Shown in pieces: positions 7,119-15,171 of a stretch of DNA of 15,171 nt (its first letter is position 1; the number at the start of each line of letters is the position of its first letter). The DNA is from Candidatus Methylomirabilota bacterium (GTDB lineage Bacteria > Methylomirabilota > Methylomirabilia > Rokubacteriales > CSP1-6), in the NCBI GenBank assembly GCA_046726415.1, contig JBKPAK010000184.1, forward strand, positions 1-15,171. Reading direction: 5' to 3'. A program made the position numbers and the translations under genes. The notes beneath the pieces are model-generated. The model did not search any database and had not been told where the DNA came from. It saw only the letters and a list, made by a program, of their open reading frames with translations.

Positions 7119-8744
7119 ATGATCTGGCCCTGGCGGCGGAACAGGCGAAATGGGCCCGCTCTGCACGCGGTGAACCCGCGCCAGGAGCGATCCCGGGTGC
7201 TCATCGCCACGAGCCTCGGTGGCTACGACCACGCCCAGGCGCTCGACGCCACCCTCGCCACGGCGCTCGGCCTTCGCGGAAGCGATGTCCGGGTATTACT
7301 CTGCGACGCCGTTCTGCCCGCGTGCCAGATGTCGAAGTCCCCGCGGGTCACCGCTGAGACGCTTGTCAGCATCGGTCAGACCGCCTATTGCGCCACCTGC
7401 TTCGGCCGGGGCTCCGAGCGGTTCCGCCGACTCCCCCTCGTGACCTACAGCCAGTTCCTCACCAGCGGCGATCGCGCGACCGCCGCGCGAATTGCCGACG
7501 AATTGCCCATGGATCAGATCCGCGGGTTCCGGTTCCGCGAGCTTGGGGTCGGCGAGCACGCGTACGCCGGAGCGCTGCGCTTCTTCGCGCGAGGCGATCT
7601 GGACGGCGAACCCCATGGCCAAGCAGTCCTCCGCCGGTACCTACACGCGGGCCTGCTGACCATCATGGCCCTGGACGGTTTGTTCGAGCAGCACTCCGTC
7701 GACGTGGTCGTGGCCCACCACGGGATCTACATCCCCCAGGGCATGATCGTGGAGGCGGCCCGCCGTCGCGGCATTCGCGTGGTCACCTGGAATCCTGCCT
7801 ACCGCAAGCACTCCTTCATCTTCAGCCACGACGACACCTACCATCACACGATGATGTCCGAGCCGACGCGGGTGTGGGAAGACCTGCCGCTGATCGACGA
7901 GATCCGACAGCACACCCTCCGATACCTGGACAGTCGCCGGGCGGGGACGAACGACTGGATCTGGTTCCACGACCAGCCACGCGAGGACGCACGCCGCGTG
8001 CTGACGGAGATCGGGGCCCACCCGGACCGGCCGTACCTGGCCCTCCTGACCAGCGTGGTCTGGGATGCCCAGCTGCACTACGCCTCCAACGCGTTCCCGA
8101 CGATGCTCGACTGGGTGCGCGAGACCATCCTGTACTTCCGGCGGCGACCCGACTTGCAGCTCGTCATCCGCGTGCACCCGGCCGAAGTGCGGGGGCTGGT
8201 CCCCTCGCGGCAACGCATCGCGGACGAGGTGGCTCGATGGTTCCCCCAGCTGCCGGCCAACGTGTTCGTGATCGGGCCCGAACACCAGGCCAGCACCTAT
8301 GCCTTGACCGATCACGCGAACGCCATCGCCATCTACAACACGAAGACGGGGGTCGAGGTCGCCGCCCAGGGGCGCCCGGTCATCGTGGCCGGCGAGGCTT
8401 GGATCCGAGGCAAGGGCTTCTCGCTCGACGTGTCGACCGCCGAGGACTACATCCAGGTACTCGACCGTCTGCCGTTCAGCGAGGGGATGTCGCCGACCCA
8501 GATCGATCGCGCTATCCGCTACGCGTACCACTTCTTCTTTCGCCGGATGATTCCCCTTCCCTTCATCGCCCAGCGCGGGCCGGCTTCCTTCACGGTCACC
8601 GCCACCGACACCCAGCTGCAACCCGGCACCTTCCGGGGCTTGGATGTGATCTGCGACGGCATCCTCACGGGCTCGCCGTTCGTGTACCCGTCGGAGTCCC
8701 TGGCGGACCCCCTGGCCGAACGACATGAGCAGGCCGTCTCGTAG
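7119..8744 (+). CDS. Capsule polysaccharide biosynthesis protein (KpsS/Capsule_synth-like GT-B fold; putative CMP-ulosonate transferase)
   Basis: C-terminal features typical of this group: VVWDAQL, LVIRVHPAE (HP motif) and IYNTKTGVEVAAQGRPVIVAGEAW. Located in a neuA/neuB locus. The start is either ATG 7119 (after GGTGGA) or ATG 7083. Confidence 0.75.
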   Translation: MIWPWRRNRRNGPALHAVNPRQERSRVLIATSLGGYDHAQALDATLATALGLRGSDVRVLLCDAVLPACQMSKSPRVTAETLVSIGQTAYCATCFGRGSERFRRLPLVTYSQFLTSGDRATAARIADELPMDQIRGFRFRELGVGEHAYAGALRFFARGDLDGEPHGQAVLRRYLHAGLLTIMALDGLFEQHSVDVVVAHHGIYIPQGMIVEAARRRGIRVVTWNPAYRKHSFIFSHDDTYHHTMMSEPTRVWEDLPLIDEIRQHTLRYLDSRRAGTNDWIWFHDQPREDARRVLTEIGAHPDRPYLALLTSVVWDAQLHYASNAFPTMLDWVRETILYFRRRPDLQLVIRVHPAEVRGLVPSRQRIADEVARWFPQLPANVFVIGPEHQASTYALTDHANAIAIYNTKTGVEVAAQGRPVIVAGEAWIRGKGFSLDVSTAEDYIQVLDRLPFSEGMSPTQIDRAIRYAYHFFFRRMIPLPFIAQRGPASFTVTATDTQLQPGTFRGLDVICDGILTGSPFVYPSESLADPLAERHEQAVS

Positions 8745-8865
8745 CGGCCCGGCCGCGATGAGCCGGCCCTGACCCCGATGCTACGGGTGCTGGCCGCCTG
8801 GGACGCGCGCCCCGTAGCGATCAGGCGCCCTCCGGCGACGCTCACCCATATGGGAGCGTGCTGAT

Positions 8866-9378
8866 ATGGTACCCGACGCGACCCCCGACACGACGGGTGT
8901 CGTGCTGATCCTTCAGCCCGACGGCAAGGAGGAGAGCGAGGACTTGCCCATCATCCGCGATTGCCTGAGAGGGGTTGGCCTGCCTGCGGTCGAGAGTGCG
9001 GCCGCATCTCTCCCCGGAGTCGAATTCTCGGCGCTCCTGGTCCGGGGCGCGATCCCCGTCAGAGGTTATCTGAGCCCAGACGGATCGAGTCAGTTGGTCG
9101 ATCCCCGCGTCGCCGAGATCATTCGCGGCTTCTTCCACGCGGGCAAGCCCATCGCGGCGCCCTGTATGGGCCTGGCGGTGGTGATCGAATCCCTGTCGGA
9201 CCTGTTGCCGAGCTCGCTGATCCTCTCGCCTGAGCCGGCGCGGGGGGCCGTTGCCGTCTATCCCGCTCTCCGCCTGGTCACCACCAACCGCCCTCTTATC
9301 GGGCGCGCGCCCGGCGCGGTGTCGAGGACGCTGACTGAGCTCGTGCGCGAACTGCGGCGCCTGGTGGAGGCGTGCTGA
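8866..9378 (+). CDS. Divergent DJ-1/PfpI (class I glutamine amidotransferase-like fold) protein, 170 aa
   Basis: DGKEESE resembles the PfpI DxFExxE motif, EFSALLVRG resembles DYDALLIPGG, and FFHAGKPIAAPCMG resembles the GKPIAAICHG nucleophile elbow. GGGAG lies 9 nt before the ATG. Confidence 0.6.
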   Translation: MVPDATPDTTGVVLILQPDGKEESEDLPIIRDCLRGVGLPAVESAAASLPGVEFSALLVRGAIPVRGYLSPDGSSQLVDPRVAEIIRGFFHAGKPIAAPCMGLAVVIESLSDLLPSSLILSPEPARGAVAVYPALRLVTTNRPLIGRAPGAVSRTLTELVRELRRLVEAC

Positions 9379-9449
9379 TGCAATGCCGCGCCTGGTGGAG
9401 GCGTGCCGATGCAATGCCGCGCCTGGTGGAGGCGTGCTGATGCCGTGCC
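9357..9449 (+). repeat. 31-bp direct tandem repeat x3 (GCGCCTGGTGGAGGCGTGCTGATGCAATGCC)
   Basis: Units at 9357-9387, 9388-9418 (1 mismatch) and 9419-9449 (2 mismatches), with no spacers. The first unit contains the last codons and stop of the DJ-1-like gene. Confidence 0.95.
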
Positions 9450-9490
9450 CGTGCCTTCCCGTGGTCTAAGAAAGAGAGAGACGACTCCCC

Positions 9491-11308
9491 ATGCCGACCT
9501 TCGGTGACTCGGGTGTGCTCGCCCTCGGCATCCACTGCATGCACGATGCCTCCGTGGCCGTGTGTACGCCCTCGGGGTGTGTCTTCGCCCTGGCCGAAGA
9601 GCGCGTGACGCGCATCAAGCACTACTATGGTTTCCCCATCGAAGCGCTTCGCACGGCATTCCGCGAGCTCGCCATCACCGGCGCGGATATCGATATCGTG
9701 GCCGTCTCCACGCACCAGCCGTTGTTCCCCTTTCAGCGAAACTACATCTCGGTCGAGCTGGACGGCAAGCCTTCCGGACCAGCGCTCCACGAGTTTTCGC
9801 GCTGGCGCCCCGGAGCCCGGAAGGTCGCCCCGGCCCCACCGCCCCCGCCCACCGCGGCCGCTTCCTTCGTGGGGACGGCCTGGGAGGGTTTCGAGTCTCG
9901 GCACTGGTCGCACTTTCATGGAGCCTTGAACGAGCTTGGTTTGTTCAGTCCGGGGATCCGCTATGTCTACGTCGCCCACCATCGGGCGCACGCGGCGAGC
10001 ACCTTCCGCCTGGCCGGCATGAGCGGCGAGACGGTCTGCGTGGTGACCATGGACGGCAAGGGCGACGGGCATAGCGGCACCATCTATCGGGGTCACGCGA
10101 ACGGCCGACTGGAGCTGATCCGCGCGATCCCCGCCCAGCACAGCCTCGGCTCGTTCTACCAGGCGATCACCGAGGTGCTCGGGTTCGTTCCGGTGGACGG
10201 CGAATACAAGACCATGGGCCTGGCCGCCCTGGGGAAACCCGGTTCGCCCAATCCCTTCGACGGGCTCGTCGAGGTCCAGGACGGCATGACCCGAAGCCGG
10301 CTGTCCTGGACGTTCCGGTCCTACAATGCCGTCTACCCGGCCAAACGGGTGCCCAACCCCCTGGGCTCAGTTGCCGAAACCGAGTCCTTCCGCGGCGATC
10401 TCGAGCGCCACGGACCCTCTCAGTTGGCGTACTTCGCCCAGGAGCACGTGGAGCGAAACGTGATCGCCTTGATGCGCGATGCGCTGAAGCTCACCGGCGC
10501 CCGTCGCCTCGCCGTGGCCGGCGGCGTGATGTTGAATGTCAAGGCCAACGGCCGAGTGCGGGACGAACTCGCGCCGTCGGACTACTTCGTCTTTCCCGAC
10601 TCGGCCGACTCCGGCCTCTCGATCGGCGCCGCCATGGAGGGCTTGTACCTCTGCGGGGTGGCCACCACGGCCTCGCTTCCCTCACCATACTTGGGACACC
10701 GCTATACCGATGAGCAGATCGCCACCACCCTGGCCGGGGCCGCCGATCTGGACGTCGACGACGAGGGAGACCGGCTGCCCTCGCGGGTGGCCAAGGAACT
10801 AGTACGGGGTCAGGTCATCGGAACCTTCCAGGACCGGCTGGAGGTCGGGCCACGCGCGCTCGGCAATCGGTCCGTGCTGGCCGATCCACGCGATCCCGCC
10901 ATCAGAGCGCGCATCAACGACATCCTGAAGGGGCGTGAGTGGTTCGTGCCGTTTGCCCCCGTCGTGCTGGAAGAGGAGGCGAAGAAGTACTGGTGTGGTC
11001 CGATCGACTATCGGTACATGACCTTCACGGTGGCGGCGTCCGATTTTGCGAAAGCCCGCGTGCCCGGGGTCGTTCACGTCGACGGGACCATGCGACCGCA
11101 GGTCGTGAATCGCTCCACCCACCCCTGGCTCCACGCGGTGCTGCAGTCGTTCCGCGCGCTGACTGAGGTGGGGGTGCTGATCAACACGTCGTTCAACCGC
11201 CACGGCCTGCCCATCGTCGGCGCGCCGGCCGACGCCATCGAGCATCTGCGTCAGAGGTGGGTGGACGGCCTCGCCATTGGCCGCTATTACGTCACCCGCA
11301 CGGCCTAG
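9491..11308 (+). CDS. O-carbamoyltransferase, NodU/CmcH/TobZ family, ~605 aa
   Basis: Motifs HDAS, EERVTRIKH, HHRAHAAS, DGKGD, EYKTMGLAA, GGVMLNVKANG, DSGLSIGAA, EVGPRALGNRS, KGREWFVPFAP, HVDGTMRPQ and NTSFN. An alternative GTG start exists at 9515. Confidence 0.93.
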   Translation: MPTFGDSGVLALGIHCMHDASVAVCTPSGCVFALAEERVTRIKHYYGFPIEALRTAFRELAITGADIDIVAVSTHQPLFPFQRNYISVELDGKPSGPALHEFSRWRPGARKVAPAPPPPPTAAASFVGTAWEGFESRHWSHFHGALNELGLFSPGIRYVYVAHHRAHAASTFRLAGMSGETVCVVTMDGKGDGHSGTIYRGHANGRLELIRAIPAQHSLGSFYQAITEVLGFVPVDGEYKTMGLAALGKPGSPNPFDGLVEVQDGMTRSRLSWTFRSYNAVYPAKRVPNPLGSVAETESFRGDLERHGPSQLAYFAQEHVERNVIALMRDALKLTGARRLAVAGGVMLNVKANGRVRDELAPSDYFVFPDSADSGLSIGAAMEGLYLCGVATTASLPSPYLGHRYTDEQIATTLAGAADLDVDDEGDRLPSRVAKELVRGQVIGTFQDRLEVGPRALGNRSVLADPRDPAIRARINDILKGREWFVPFAPVVLEEEAKKYWCGPIDYRYMTFTVAASDFAKARVPGVVHVDGTMRPQVVNRSTHPWLHAVLQSFRALTEVGVLINTSFNRHGLPIVGAPADAIEHLRQRWVDGLAIGRYYVTRTA

Positions 11309-11314
11309 CCCACG

Positions 11315-13318
11315 GTGGGATACATCCTCCACGTCGTTCCCGACAGCATCAACAATACGCGGAAGATCTTCATCGGCAGCACCAAGGACGTGCTGGGCCG
11401 TTCGGAATATTTTGACGCCCGTCCTCACTGCGTGCGCCAGTTCGTGAGCGTGGGCCGCTCCGATGATGAAGTCCTGGCCATGCTCGGCGACGCGGATCTG
11501 CGCGAGTGCCGCGCCGTGCTGTTCGAATACGAAATGTACGTCCGCAGCCTGGCCTTCCTCAAGCAGAACTACCCCAGAATCCGCCGCCTCGTTCGCGCCC
11601 ACAACGCCAATCTGCCGCACCTGGTCGATCAGTTCCACGGGAAGCTCAGGATGATCGAGGATCGCCGGGAGACGGACCTCGCTCGGGCGACCTCGGCAAT
11701 CCACCTCGCCCTCGCGCGCTTCCGGCTCGATGGCCAGTGCGCGGAGCTGGCCGATGCCATCCTGCCCATTTGCCATTGGGAGGCCGATCACTACTGGGGT
11801 CAGCTCACCGCGGCCGAGAAGGTCGTCACCGTCCCCTACTTCGTACCCCGGCCCTTTGTCGAGCAGATCCCGAGCAGACCCCGCCGGAACGTGTGCCTAT
11901 TCGCCATGGGGACGGGTTCGTCGATGGCGGCACTGCTGTACGACGCCGGGCGCAATGCGGTAGAGCTGGTCAACGCGCTCCCCGCTGACGTGGCCGCGGA
12001 GTGGGACTTTCAGATTACCGGCAACCTCAAGCCGCCCGACGTCCTGGGTGCGCTTGGCCGATTGAAGCCGACCGGCCTGGTCGCCTCACCGCTGCCCCTG
12101 CTGGCCGAGGCGCGCGCCGTCGCCATACCGTCCGACCTCGGCATGGGGTTCAAGACGAAGATCCTGGAGGCGATCCTCGCCGGCTGTTGGGTGCTGGTGA
12201 CCGAGGAGGTCCACGCGCGCCTGCCGGAGGCCGTCCGCCCGTGGTGCCTCCTGCTCGATTCTCGCTCTCCCGCGCGGTTCGCGGAGACCCTGCACCAGTG
12301 CGCCGGTCCACCGCCCTCCGGCGATCCGAACGCCCGGTTGCGCGACGAGGCATTTCGCGGATTGGATCGCGTCCTCGCGGTCGGCTCGCCGATATCGGCC
12401 GAATACATTGGTCCGCCGGTGACCCCGCGCTCAGAACCGCCTCGCGCCCCGGACGTGACGCCGACCGGCCGGCTATGGCCCGGCGGACCCGGGGCCGGTG
12501 AGGAACACCGCGCGTCTTCGCCTCTGCCGCCCAACGGAGACACCGCGAGGGTCGGTGCATTCGCGGCGCTGACGGCGATCGGCGCCTTCCGCCGAGTCGA
12601 GCCCAGCGTGTGGAGCGCTGATCGGGGAGCGGCGTCCTTCGGCGAAGGGCGAATCATCTACCACGCCTGTCTCAAGCCGGTGCTGGTCAGCAAGCGGCTG
12701 ATCGCGTCTTCGCCGGCGGTCTTCGAGTACGGGGTGGGCATGGGCCGGATCCTCAGAAGCCTGAGCGAGGATGGGCTCACCTGTGGCGGGGTCGACAGGT
12801 CTCCCGCCCTCCTCGACCATTGCCGGAGATTCGTCCCGCGAGCGAGCACCCTGGGGCTGATGGACGAATCCGGGACCTGTGACTTCCCGAGCGAATGGGC
12901 GGATTTCGCCTACTCGTTCTCGGCCATTCAGCACATCTCGAAGACGTCGAGGATCGACACGGCGATCTCGGAGATGGTCAGGGTATTGAGGCCGGGAGGG
13001 TACGTGAGGCTCCAGTTCCGTTCCGCATCCGGCCAGCGTCCCCACGCGCCCCTCCTCAAGCGCGAGCTGCTCTACAACCTGGAGGATCGCACGGTCGTCC
13101 TGCACCTGCGTCCGCTGCGGCCAGGCCAGCCGGCGCTCAGCCGCATTCGCCTCCCTTGGCTCGGCCTCCGGCAGCATAGCGAGCGAGAGGGCATCCCACT
13201 CTCGATCGGGCACCTGCTGCGCGTGTTGCGGAAGCACGGGGTGGAGCCGCTCAGCGTTGAACCCGACCGGCGCAAGAAGGGAGACCTGTTCTGGGTGACG
13301 GGGAAGAAGAGGCGATAA
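11315..13318 (+). CDS. Fusion of a GT-B (GT4-like) glycosyltransferase domain, Pro-rich linker and class I SAM-dependent methyltransferase, 667 aa
   Basis: GT4-like donor-binding segment AVAIPSDLGMGFKTKILEAILAG. The C-terminal MTase has motif I VFEYGVGMGRI, GVDRS, ADFAYSFSAIQHI and EMVRVLRPGG. The GTG start is 6 nt after the carbamoyltransferase stop. Confidence 0.75.
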   Translation: MGYILHVVPDSINNTRKIFIGSTKDVLGRSEYFDARPHCVRQFVSVGRSDDEVLAMLGDADLRECRAVLFEYEMYVRSLAFLKQNYPRIRRLVRAHNANLPHLVDQFHGKLRMIEDRRETDLARATSAIHLALARFRLDGQCAELADAILPICHWEADHYWGQLTAAEKVVTVPYFVPRPFVEQIPSRPRRNVCLFAMGTGSSMAALLYDAGRNAVELVNALPADVAAEWDFQITGNLKPPDVLGALGRLKPTGLVASPLPLLAEARAVAIPSDLGMGFKTKILEAILAGCWVLVTEEVHARLPEAVRPWCLLLDSRSPARFAETLHQCAGPPPSGDPNARLRDEAFRGLDRVLAVGSPISAEYIGPPVTPRSEPPRAPDVTPTGRLWPGGPGAGEEHRASSPLPPNGDTARVGAFAALTAIGAFRRVEPSVWSADRGAASFGEGRIIYHACLKPVLVSKRLIASSPAVFEYGVGMGRILRSLSEDGLTCGGVDRSPALLDHCRRFVPRASTLGLMDESGTCDFPSEWADFAYSFSAIQHISKTSRIDTAISEMVRVLRPGGYVRLQFRSASGQRPHAPLLKRELLYNLEDRTVVLHLRPLRPGQPALSRIRLPWLGLRQHSEREGIPLSIGHLLRVLRKHGVEPLSVEPDRRKKGDLFWVTGKKRR

Positions 13319-13376
13319 GGTGCCACGCGGCCTGAAGGTCGTGCTCTGCTGGTGGGGTGCCCAACCGGAGTGAGGC

Positions 13377-15171
13377 ATGCCGCGCGACATTGACGTGTTG
13401 TGGCTCATCGAGCACACCGCCCGGGAGATGGACGTCGCCTGCGTGGTGCGCGCCCTGGCCCACGCTCGTTACGGCCTCAGCGTCGAGGTCCGCAATCTCT
13501 ACCAGCACATCGGTGACTATCTATCGGCGTACCGACCCCGGGTCATCGTCCATCCGTTCGTCTACGCCGTGGACGGCGCGCTCGCTACCGAGGACGTCTA
13601 TGCCCGCTGGCCGGGCGCGGTCCACTTCAACCTCGCGTGGGAGCAGATCCACTACCGGGCTCACCTGAAGATCAAGGCGCCGGCCGACCGGAAGGCCCGG
13701 CTCGAGACGATCCATCACGCCTGGGGCGAGTTCTACCGGGTCTACTTGAAGCAGCACGGCGTCCCGGACGAGCACATCTTCGTGAACGGCCACCCGGCCT
13801 ATCGCCTCTATGCCGAGCCATATCGCCGCTTCTTCGCCGACCGCCGCAGCCTGGCCAAAGCGTTCGGGCTCGATGGGGACAAGCGGTGGGTCTTCGTGCC
13901 GGACAACTATCGGTGGGCGTTCGCCCACCGCAAGCTCAAGTTTTTCGTCGCTCAGGGGGGCGACGCCAAGGAGTTGCGATCGCTGGTGGACTTCTCCACC
14001 CCTTCGCTCGAGCAGCTTTTGCGCGCTTGCCGTCAGGCCGCGACCGACGAGAGCCTGGAGGTGGTGGTGAGGCCTCGCCCGTCGGTCAACACGAGTGCAT
14101 TCCTCCACTTCTTCCGGCAAAGACTGGGCCATGACACGGGGCGCCTCCGCTTCCTCAAGGAGGGCTCCGTACGCGAGTGGATCATGGCCAGCGATCTGGT
14201 GATCTCCTCGTACAGTACCAGTCTGATCGAGGCGGCGGTGGCCGGAACGCCGGCGTGGATGTTCGAACCGATTCCCATTCCCGAGGCCCTGCACTGCGAG
14301 TGGTACGACCATGTCGGCCGAATCCGCGACACCGAGGAATTTCTCCGCGTGTGCCGTCAGCCAGCTCGAAGCCGAGCGAACGAGCCGCTCGGGGCTTGGG
14401 CCCAGGCCAATCTGCTGTCCTGTGGCGATCCCCTGCAACGGCTGGCCCTCCAGCTGGCGCTCCTCGTCGAGCGGGCCCGGGCCGCCTGGCCCACGGAGGG
14501 GCGGTTGCCTCGGCACCTCGCGACCGAGAAGTACTTCAACGAGGAGTCACACGAAAAGGACTCCTTCGCGCCGCGGGACGCGGACACTCTGACCGCCGAA
14601 TGGGCGTCTCTGCTGGCGTCGGCGCCGCCCCATGACCCGGTCGTCGCCGACTGGTCCCGGGGGGACACCCTCAACAAGAGCATGGACCGCGACGATCTCC
14701 TGACCGTCGAGGCGGCCCCCTTGGTGGCTGGCCTGAACGACCTGGTCCATACGCTCTACGCGCGTGGCGTCGCCCCGTCGTCCTGGGTCGGCACTGTTCC
14801 TCGGGGGCCGATCTCCCGGAGAGGGGCGACGATCGCTCGCCTGTGGCGGCGGCTTGGCCGCCACCTGCCCGCTCACGCCGAGAACCTCGGCGAGCGCCAC
14901 GCCCTCGGCATGAAAGAGCGACTCGACTATCAGCCGCTCCCGAGGGCCGCAGACGACCCCCGCTTTCCATGGTTTCTCTACTGGGAGATCTACTGGGTCC
15001 TGCGCCGGGTCGGTCCCCTCCTCCATCCCGGCATGCGGTTGCTCGATGCCGGTGGCGCCTCCTCGCTGTTCACGTGCCACCTCGCGTCCCTGGGCTACGA
15101 AGTGCATTCGGCCGACCTCGACGAACGCCTGCTCGAGAATGGGCAGCGCGTGGCCACCACCATGGGCTGGA
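13377..15171 (+). CDS. Surface-carbohydrate biosynthesis protein (GT-B-like putative transferase) fused to a class I SAM methyltransferase; runs off the right edge
   Basis: Not in the ORF track because there is no stop in the window. Manual translation from ATG 13377 (after GGAGTGAGG) is open for 598 codons: MPRDIDVLWLIEHTAREMDVAC...FNLAWEQ...HAWGEF...IFVNGHP...VVVRPRPS...ISSYSTSLIEAAVAGTP. From 15033 it reads MRLLDAGGASSLFTCHLASLGYEVHSADLD (MTase motif I). Confidence 0.82.
   Translation, partial: MPRDIDVLWLIEHTAREMDVACVVRALAHARYGLSVEVRNLYQHIGDYLSAYRPRVIVHPFVYAVDGALATEDVYARWPGAVHFNLAWEQIHYRAHLKIKAPADRKARLETIHHAWGEFYRVYLKQHGVPDEHIFVNGHPAYRLYAEPYRRFFADRRSLAKAFGLDGDKRWVFVPDNYRWAFAHRKLKFFVAQGGDAKELRSLVDFSTPSLEQLLRACRQAATDESLEVVVRPRPSVNTSAFLHFFRQRLGHDTGRLRFLKEGSVREWIMASDLVISSYSTSLIEAAVAGTPAWMFEPIPIPEALHCEWYDHVGRIRDTEEFLRVCRQPARSRANEPLGAWAQANLLSCGDPLQRLALQLALLVERARAAWPTEGRLPRHLATEKYFNEESHEKDSFAPRDADTLTAEWASLLASAPPHDPVVADWSRGDTLNKSMDRDDLLTVEAAPLVAGLNDLVHTLYARGVAPSSWVGTVPRGPISRRGATIARLWRRLGRHLPAHAENLGERHALGMKERLDYQPLPRAADDPRFPWFLYWEIYWVLRRVGPLLHPGMRLLDAGGASSLFTCHLASLGYEVHSADLDERLLENGQRVATTMGW

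Noticed and set aside
5676-7232. 518-aa minus-strand ORF with GLGVPSL repeats
   Set aside because: Antisense to the GT2 gene. The repeats are just the reverse reading of the 21-bp tandem repeat.
7388-8728. 446-aa plus-strand alternative-frame ORF and 361-aa antisense ORF (7641-8726)
   Set aside because: Both lie inside the capsule-type gene. The plus-strand frame is Arg/Pro-rich and neither has domain motifs.
8745-8865. GC-rich hairpin-like sequence after the capsule-type gene as a terminator
   Set aside because: The stem is imperfect and there is no U-tract.
9357-9449. Possible mini CRISPR array (31-bp repeats)
   Set aside because: The repeats are head-to-tail with no spacers, and there is no leader or cas gene in the window.
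13348-13355. GCTGGTGG (E. coli Chi sequence)
   Set aside because: Chi is taxon-specific, and an isolated 8-mer in GC-rich DNA is uninformative.
13371-13373. In-frame TGA as a possible selenocysteine/readthrough codon joining the mini-ORF to the 13377 gene
   Set aside because: The downstream gene has its own SD and ATG, no SECIS-like hairpin was evident by eye, and there is no catalytic rationale.
13521-14516. 331-aa minus-strand ORF and other short ORFs in 13357-15107
   Set aside because: All are explained as shadows of the long plus-strand gene starting at 13377.

Overview
High-GC bacterial window occupied entirely by a surface-glycan (capsule/O-antigen/glycosylation-type) biosynthesis locus in two divergent arms around a lower-GC promoter region (~5520-5770). 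The left arm (minus strand) is tightly coupled: NeuB-family ulosonate synthase, SDR oxidoreductase, NeuA-family cytidylyltransferase, single-chain transketolase, HAD phosphatase, and the 5' part of a capsule-synthesis-type transferase running off the left edge. The right arm (plus strand) encodes a GT2 glycosyltransferase with a repeat-encoded coiled-coil tail, a KpsS/Capsule_synth-like transferase with a 4-Cys motif, a divergent DJ-1/PfpI-like protein followed by a 3x31-bp tandem repeat, a NodU/CmcH O-carbamoyltransferase, a GT-B/methyltransferase fusion, and a second transferase/methyltransferase fusion running off the right edge. The two edge genes are missing from the supplied ORF track. 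The most interesting signal is the left operon. An animal-NANS-like (phospho-sugar type) synthase, a phosphatase and a CMP-transferase are co-operonic with a transketolase and an SDR, and no NeuC/Leg/Pse precursor genes are visible in the window. This suggests a non-canonical ulosonic acid pathway whose product may be further carbamoylated and methylated. All family calls come from motif recognition by eye; no searches were run.
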